A stretch of DNA of 64,000 nucleotides, from positions 273,868-337,867 of the forward strand of contig JBGAML010000002.1 of the NCBI GenBank assembly GCA_044223005.1, read 5' to 3'. The notes under the pieces are model-generated. The model was not told the DNA's origin. It was given only the letters and a program-made list of their open reading frames with translations, and made no database searches. A program made the translations under genes and the position numbers. Origin of the DNA: Candidatus Eiseniibacteriota bacterium (GTDB lineage Bacteria; Eisenbacteria; RBG-16-71-46). How positions within the stretch are numbered: position 1 is the first letter of the stretch; each line of letters begins with the position of its first letter. Shown here piece after piece: positions 59,734 to 64,000 of this stretch.

Positions 59734-61913
59734 CGATCTTCCCGCGCTTCGGCCGCCCGCGCGTGCCGTTCGTCCAGCAGCTCAACATGGCCGACTGCGG
59801 CGCGGCGAGCCTGGCGATGGTGCTGGCGTACCACGGCCGGCACGTCACGCTCGACGAGGTACGCGAGCGGATCGGCCCCGGCCGCGACGGCGTCTCCGCG
59901 TACGAGATCCTCGAGGCCGCGCGCACGTTCGGTCTCCGCGGTCGCGCGGTGCGGCTCGAGATCGGCGAGTTTCACCTGCTGCCGCCCGGGACGATCCTGC
60001 ACTGGCGCATGACGCATTTCGTCGTGCTGCAGGGGGCGCGGCGCAACGGTGCGGACATCATCGATCCCGACGGCGGACCGCGCGCGGTGGCCGCGGACGA
60101 GCTCGACCGCTCGTTCACCGGTGTCGCGCTGCTGTTCGAGCCGACCGACGAGTTCGAGGTGCAGGCGCGCGAAGCGTCGCGCCTCTGGCGCTACGCGCGC
60201 CGCGTCGCGTTCCAGTCCGGGCTGCTCGGGCGCACCGTGCTGCTCTCGCTCGTGCTGCAGCTGCTCGCCATGGCACTGCCGCTGCTGACCGGCACGGTGG
60301 TGGACCGCGTGCTGCCGCGGCAGGACGTCTCGCTGCTCGGCGTCCTTGCCGCGGGCGTGGGGCTGGTGGCCCTCTACACGTTCTTCGCGTCGTTCGTGCG
60401 CGCGCACCTGCTGCTCGCGCTGCGCACGCGTCTCGACCTCGAGATGTCGATCGGCTTCCTCGAGCACCTGCTGCGGTTGCCGTTCCCGTTCTTCCAGGTG
60501 CGGCAGACGGGCGACCTCATGATGCGGCTCAACTCCAACGCCGTGATCCGCGAGGCGCTCACGTCGGCCGCGTTGACGGGCGTGCTCGACGGCCTGCTCG
60601 TGACCGGCTACCTGGTCGTGATCCTGTTCACGCACTGGGGCCTCGGGCTCGTCGTGCTCGGACTGGGCGCGATCCGGCTCGCCGTCTTCTTCGCGTCGCA
60701 GGGCCGCTACCGCGAGCTGATGGGCGAGGCGCTGCAGGCGCAGGCCGACGCGAGCAACTGGCAGGTGCAGGTGATCGAGGGCATCGAGACGCTCAAGACC
60801 TCGGGCGCCGAGCGCCACGCGACCGAGGTGTGGTCCAACCTGTTCGTGGACCTGCTCAACGTGACCGTGAAGCGCGGCCGGCTCTCGGCCGTGGTCGACT
60901 CGCTGCTGCTCGCGCTCGAGGTCGCCTCGCCGCTCGTGGTGCTGCTGCTGGGCGCGCACCTCGTGCTCACCGGTTCGCTCTCGCTCGGCACCATGCTCGC
61001 GGTCGCCGCGCTCTCGGGCGCGTTCCTCGGGCCGCTGGGTTCGCTGGTCGCGAAGGCGCTCGAGTTCCAGCAGCTCGGCAGCTACGTCGAGCGCGTCGAA
61101 GAGGTGCTGAATCGCGGGCCCGAGCAGCCGGGCGCGCTGCCGCCGGCACCGAAGCTCGCGGGCGCCCTCGCCCTGCGCGGCGTGCGCTTCCGCTACGCCG
61201 ACCAGGGGCCGTGGGCGGTCGACGGGGTCGATCTCGAGATCGCGCCGGGCACGCAGGTCGCGATCGTCGGCCCCTCGGGCTCGGGCAAGTCGACGCTGGC
61301 CCGCCTGATCGCCGGGCTCTACGTGCCGACCGAAGGCCAGATCCGCTTCGACGGCGCCGACCTGCGCGAGCACGACCTCGTCTCGCTGCGGCGGCAGATC
61401 GGGTTCGTGCCGCAGCACCCGTACCTCTTCGGCGCCACGATCCGCGAGAACATCGCGCTCGCCGACGCGAACGTCGAGCTGCGCGCGATCGGGCACGCCA
61501 CGATGGCCGCCGACTTCGCCGAGGAAGTCGAGGCGATGCCGCTCGGCTTCGAGACGCGCCTCGTCGCCGGTGGCACCAACCTCTCGGGCGGCCAGCGGCA
61601 ACGCATCGCGCTCGCTCGCGCGCTGCTGCGGCAGCCGGCGCTGCTCGTGCTCGACGAGGCGACGAGCCACCTCGACGCGCGCTCGGAGCGCCGCGTCTAC
61701 GAGAGCCTGCGCACCCGGCCGTGCACGCGCATCGTGATCGCGCACCGGCTCTCGACCGTGATCGACTCGGACTGGATCGTGGTGATGGACCGCGGCCGGG
61801 TCGTGGAGCAGGGCCGGCACGAGGACCTGCTCGCGGCCGGCGGGCTCTACGCCGAGCTCATCCGACCGAATCGAGCAGGAATAGCCGATCCCACGCCGGA
61901 TCCTGGTCGCTGA
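59730..61913 (+). CDS. lanT: Peptidase C39-containing ABC exporter (LanT/PCAT)
   Basis: QQLNMADCGAASL, HWRMTHFVV, IIDP; TMD; GPSGSGKST, LSGGQRQR, LDEATSHLD, IAHR. Confidence 0.92.
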   Translation: MTIFPRFGRPRVPFVQQLNMADCGAASLAMVLAYHGRHVTLDEVRERIGPGRDGVSAYEILEAARTFGLRGRAVRLEIGEFHLLPPGTILHWRMTHFVVLQGARRNGADIIDPDGGPRAVAADELDRSFTGVALLFEPTDEFEVQAREASRLWRYARRVAFQSGLLGRTVLLSLVLQLLAMALPLLTGTVVDRVLPRQDVSLLGVLAAGVGLVALYTFFASFVRAHLLLALRTRLDLEMSIGFLEHLLRLPFPFFQVRQTGDLMMRLNSNAVIREALTSAALTGVLDGLLVTGYLVVILFTHWGLGLVVLGLGAIRLAVFFASQGRYRELMGEALQAQADASNWQVQVIEGIETLKTSGAERHATEVWSNLFVDLLNVTVKRGRLSAVVDSLLLALEVASPLVVLLLGAHLVLTGSLSLGTMLAVAALSGAFLGPLGSLVAKALEFQQLGSYVERVEEVLNRGPEQPGALPPAPKLAGALALRGVRFRYADQGPWAVDGVDLEIAPGTQVAIVGPSGSGKSTLARLIAGLYVPTEGQIRFDGADLREHDLVSLRRQIGFVPQHPYLFGATIRENIALADANVELRAIGHATMAADFAEEVEAMPLGFETRLVAGGTNLSGGQRQRIALARALLRQPALLVLDEATSHLDARSERRVYESLRTRPCTRIVIAHRLSTVIDSDWIVVMDRGRVVEQGRHEDLLAAGGLYAELIRPNRAGIADPTPDPGR

Positions 61914-63141
61914 TCCCCGCCAGCAGCGCGAGCCCGATCCCCGCGGCCCCGGGCAGCATGCCGGGATCGTCGAGGTACTCGCCGTCGTGGTTGCGCTCGA
62001 AGCAGAAGATGGGGAAGCCGGCGATGTTCGGCCGGTCGTCGACGCGCTGCAGCGTGCGGTCGTACCACGCGATCGCCGCGTCGCGGCAGGCGGGATCTCC
62101 GGTCTGCTGCGCGAGCCGCGCGAACGTGTGCGCGAGGCCCGCCGCGCCGTGGCAGAAGCCGGCGTCGACGACCTCGGTGGTCTCGATCGGACGGGCGATC
62201 GCGTGGTGCGCGGCGTCGAGCCCGGCGGCCACCGCGTCGCGATCGCCGAGCACGCGGCCCGCGGCCACGAGCGCGGCGGCGACGCCGGGGTCGCCGTAGC
62301 ACCACGCGACGCGCGCGGGCGCGGGATGGAAGCCGTCCGCGACGTAGTCCGAGAACGCGCCCGCCGAGCCGGCCGGCAACCGCTGCGCGCGCAGCCACGT
62401 GGTGCCGGGCGCGAGCAGCGCGAGCGCGCGTTCGCGCAGTTCGGGGAACTCGGCGAGCCGCGCGAGGATCGCGAGCACGCCGGGAATGCCGTGCGACATG
62501 CCGAGGTTGTAGTAGCGGTCTTCCGGCTTCACGTCGTCGGCCATCGCGCGCCGCGTGAGCCCGCCGCTCGGCCACGCGGTCCCGCCCGGCATCGGCGTCG
62601 CCATGCGCTCGAGCCGCGCGAGGATGCGCTCGGCGAGCGGCAGCGCGGTGCGGCGCCCGCGCCGCTCGAGCGCATAGACGCCCAGCCCCGCGAGTCCGCC
62701 GATCAGGTCGTAGCAGGGCCGGAACTCGGGATTGTCGAGGAAGCCGATCAGCTCCTCGTCGAGTCCCTCGATCGGGTCGTCGTCGTCCGCCGCGTCGAGC
62801 AGGCGCAGCACGTGCTCGGTGGTCCACGCGACGCCCGGGAAGCCGCAGTAGAGCGATTCGTCCATGCGCATCTGCGGCAGGAGCTCGATCGACTCGCCGA
62901 GGAAGCGGTGCGCGGTTTCGGCGGCCTGCGGCGAGCCGGTGACCACGTGGTACCAGGCGTGGAAGAGCGAGAAGCCGCAGCGGCCGAGCGCGAGCGAGAC
63001 GGCGCGGATGCCGTTCGGGTTCGGCGGGGAGGCGAGCAGCCAGCTGTCGGCGTCGACCGAGAGCGCGGCGGCCAGCTCGGCGAGGCGGGATTCGGCCTCG
63101 GCGCGGCGCGCGCCGGTCAGCAGCGGGGACCAGGGGGACAT
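61858..63141 (-). CDS. lanC: Lanthionine cyclase LanC
   Basis: YDLIGGLAG, NLGMSHG, AWCYGDPG, GFCHGAAG (Zn ligands), GMLPGAAGI. Confidence 0.93.
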   Translation of the reverse strand: MSPWSPLLTGARRAEAESRLAELAAALSVDADSWLLASPPNPNGIRAVSLALGRCGFSLFHAWYHVVTGSPQAAETAHRFLGESIELLPQMRMDESLYCGFPGVAWTTEHVLRLLDAADDDDPIEGLDEELIGFLDNPEFRPCYDLIGGLAGLGVYALERRGRRTALPLAERILARLERMATPMPGGTAWPSGGLTRRAMADDVKPEDRYYNLGMSHGIPGVLAILARLAEFPELRERALALLAPGTTWLRAQRLPAGSAGAFSDYVADGFHPAPARVAWCYGDPGVAAALVAAGRVLGDRDAVAAGLDAAHHAIARPIETTEVVDAGFCHGAAGLAHTFARLAQQTGDPACRDAAIAWYDRTLQRVDDRPNIAGFPIFCFERNHDGEYLDDPGMLPGAAGIGLALLAGISDQDPAWDRLFLLDSVG

Positions 63142-63160
63142 GGAGGGCCGTCCGGAAACT

Positions 63161-63199
63161 GGAACCGCGCGACCCCGGTGCCCGGGATCGCGCGGTTCC
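63161..63199 (-). terminator. 18-bp stem-loop between lanA and lanC
   Basis: Minus-strand GGAACCGCGCGAUCCCGG-GCA-CCGGGGUCGCGCGGUUCC with one G-U pair; no U tract. Confidence 0.65.
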
Positions 63200-63214
63200 G
63201 GTTGGGGCGTGGTC

Positions 63215-63379
63215 TCAGCAGAAGATGATGCAGGTCGTGCGCGAGCTCGTGTGCGTGCAGGTGCAGCCCTTGGTCGTCAGGGCGGCCCCTTCGACACGCT
63301 TCGTCTCGGCTTCGGTCAGGCAGCGGAGCGTCTCGCGGTTCAGCTGGAGCTTCTGGACGGGGGCCTTCTTGTTCTCCAT
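63215..63379 (-). CDS. lanA: Class I lanthipeptide precursor LanA (54 aa)
   Basis: GGAGG RBS; leader KLQLNRETLRCL...VEGA; core ALTTKGCTCTHTSSRTTCIIFC. Confidence 0.9.
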   Translation of the reverse strand: MENKKAPVQKLQLNRETLRCLTEAETKRVEGAALTTKGCTCTHTSSRTTCIIFC

Positions 63380-63545
63380 GAGCTGCCTCCAGTGGAAAGG
63401 GCCTCGAAACTCGCGGGACGTTCGCCCGCGCGAGCGGGGAGCATAGGCGAGGCGAGCGACGCGTCTCAAGAGCCAAGTCGCGGCGGGCGGCCGGGGTTTG
63501 GTGACGCGCAACTCGAGGGTTGTGCTCGGAAGATTGCAGGTGACC

Positions 63546-63574
63546 GGGGCCCGCACCCACGTGGTGCGGGCCCC
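63546..63574. other. 12-bp perfect inverted repeat downstream of the transposase-like gene
   Basis: GGGGCCCGCACC-CACGT-GGTGCGGGCCCC. Confidence 0.55.
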
Positions 63575-63595
63575 GAGCCGTTTTCCGGCCCGCCA

Positions 63596-64000
63596 CTACA
63601 TCGCGTACTTCCGCAGCGCCCGGTCCCCGTTCGGGATCTCGCGCGTCTCGATCTCGCGCCCGTAGTACTGCCGCCACCGCTCCGGCACCGCGAGCCGCGC
63701 GGGGAACAGCCGCCCGTGCAGCATCTCGCGCACCGTCTGCGGCCGGTCCATCAGCTGCAGCCGCATCGCGGGTGTCTCCGTGTGGGCTCGCTCGCTGAAG
63801 TACTTGCCGTAGTTCCGCCACACCAGGAACCACCACAGCCGCTCCACCGCCGCCTGCCGCCGCTTCGAGAACGCGATCGTCTCGCGCCGGTGGTTCGCAC
63901 CGCAGTGCCGGATCAGCAGGTCGAGCAGGTTCACCTCGAAGAGCGGGTTGCGCGGCGTCCGCGCCGCCCGTGAGCTGATCGTGTGGTGCTCGATCGCGTG
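63596..64000 (-). CDS. Transposase-like protein, C-terminal part (IS1-like DDE tail; truncated by window)
   Basis: Frame open to 64000; RRETIAFSKR...WRNY...TPAMRL motif like the RR.T.AFSK...N...TPAM C-termini of IS1-related transposases. Confidence 0.5.
   Translation of the reverse strand, partial: HAIEHHTISSRAARTPRNPLFEVNLLDLLIRHCGANHRRETIAFSKRRQAAVERLWWFLVWRNYGKYFSERAHTETPAMRLQLMDRPQTVREMLHGRLFPARLAVPERWRQYYGREIETREIPNGDRALRKYAM

Noticed and set aside
57282..61913. 1543-aa ORF as a real giant protein
   Set aside because: The first part shadows lanB; the rest is the HlyD-like N-terminus joined to lanT by a frameshift.

Overview
GC-rich bacterial chromosomal window of about 46 genes. The many secreted proteins with a C-terminal PNP...YDVxGR...WDG...GxY (FlgD-Ig / T9SS-CTD-like) tail suggest an FCB-related lineage such as Ca. 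Eisenbacteria; this is inference only. In order, the window holds: secreted hydrolases; an sqr / heme-c / cydAB / FIST-kinase redox block; a translationally coupled array of four fibre-like paralogues plus a CTD-bearing partner; an A/T-richer island with a NACHT NTPase and a probable IS3 remnant; a Ser/Thr kinase(DUF4384)-ECF sigma pair divergent from a secreted TPR-CHAT protease; more CTD-bearing surface proteins, including an expansin; a family B DNA polymerase; tsaA; an amidohydrolase; a xylose-type ABC transporter; dps; and a class I lanthipeptide cluster (lanB, frameshifted HlyD-like gene, C39-ABC exporter, lanC, lanA) next to a transposase-like gene. The best candidate for a new system is the kinase-sigma-CHAT locus: the CHAT protease and the kinase's extracytoplasmic domain share the peptide LRGVGGVAxL written with different codons, suggesting a caspase-like protease -> kinase -> sigma cascade. 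No rRNA, tRNA or CRISPR array was seen. Start codons were refined by eye and all family calls come from motif recognition, not database searches.
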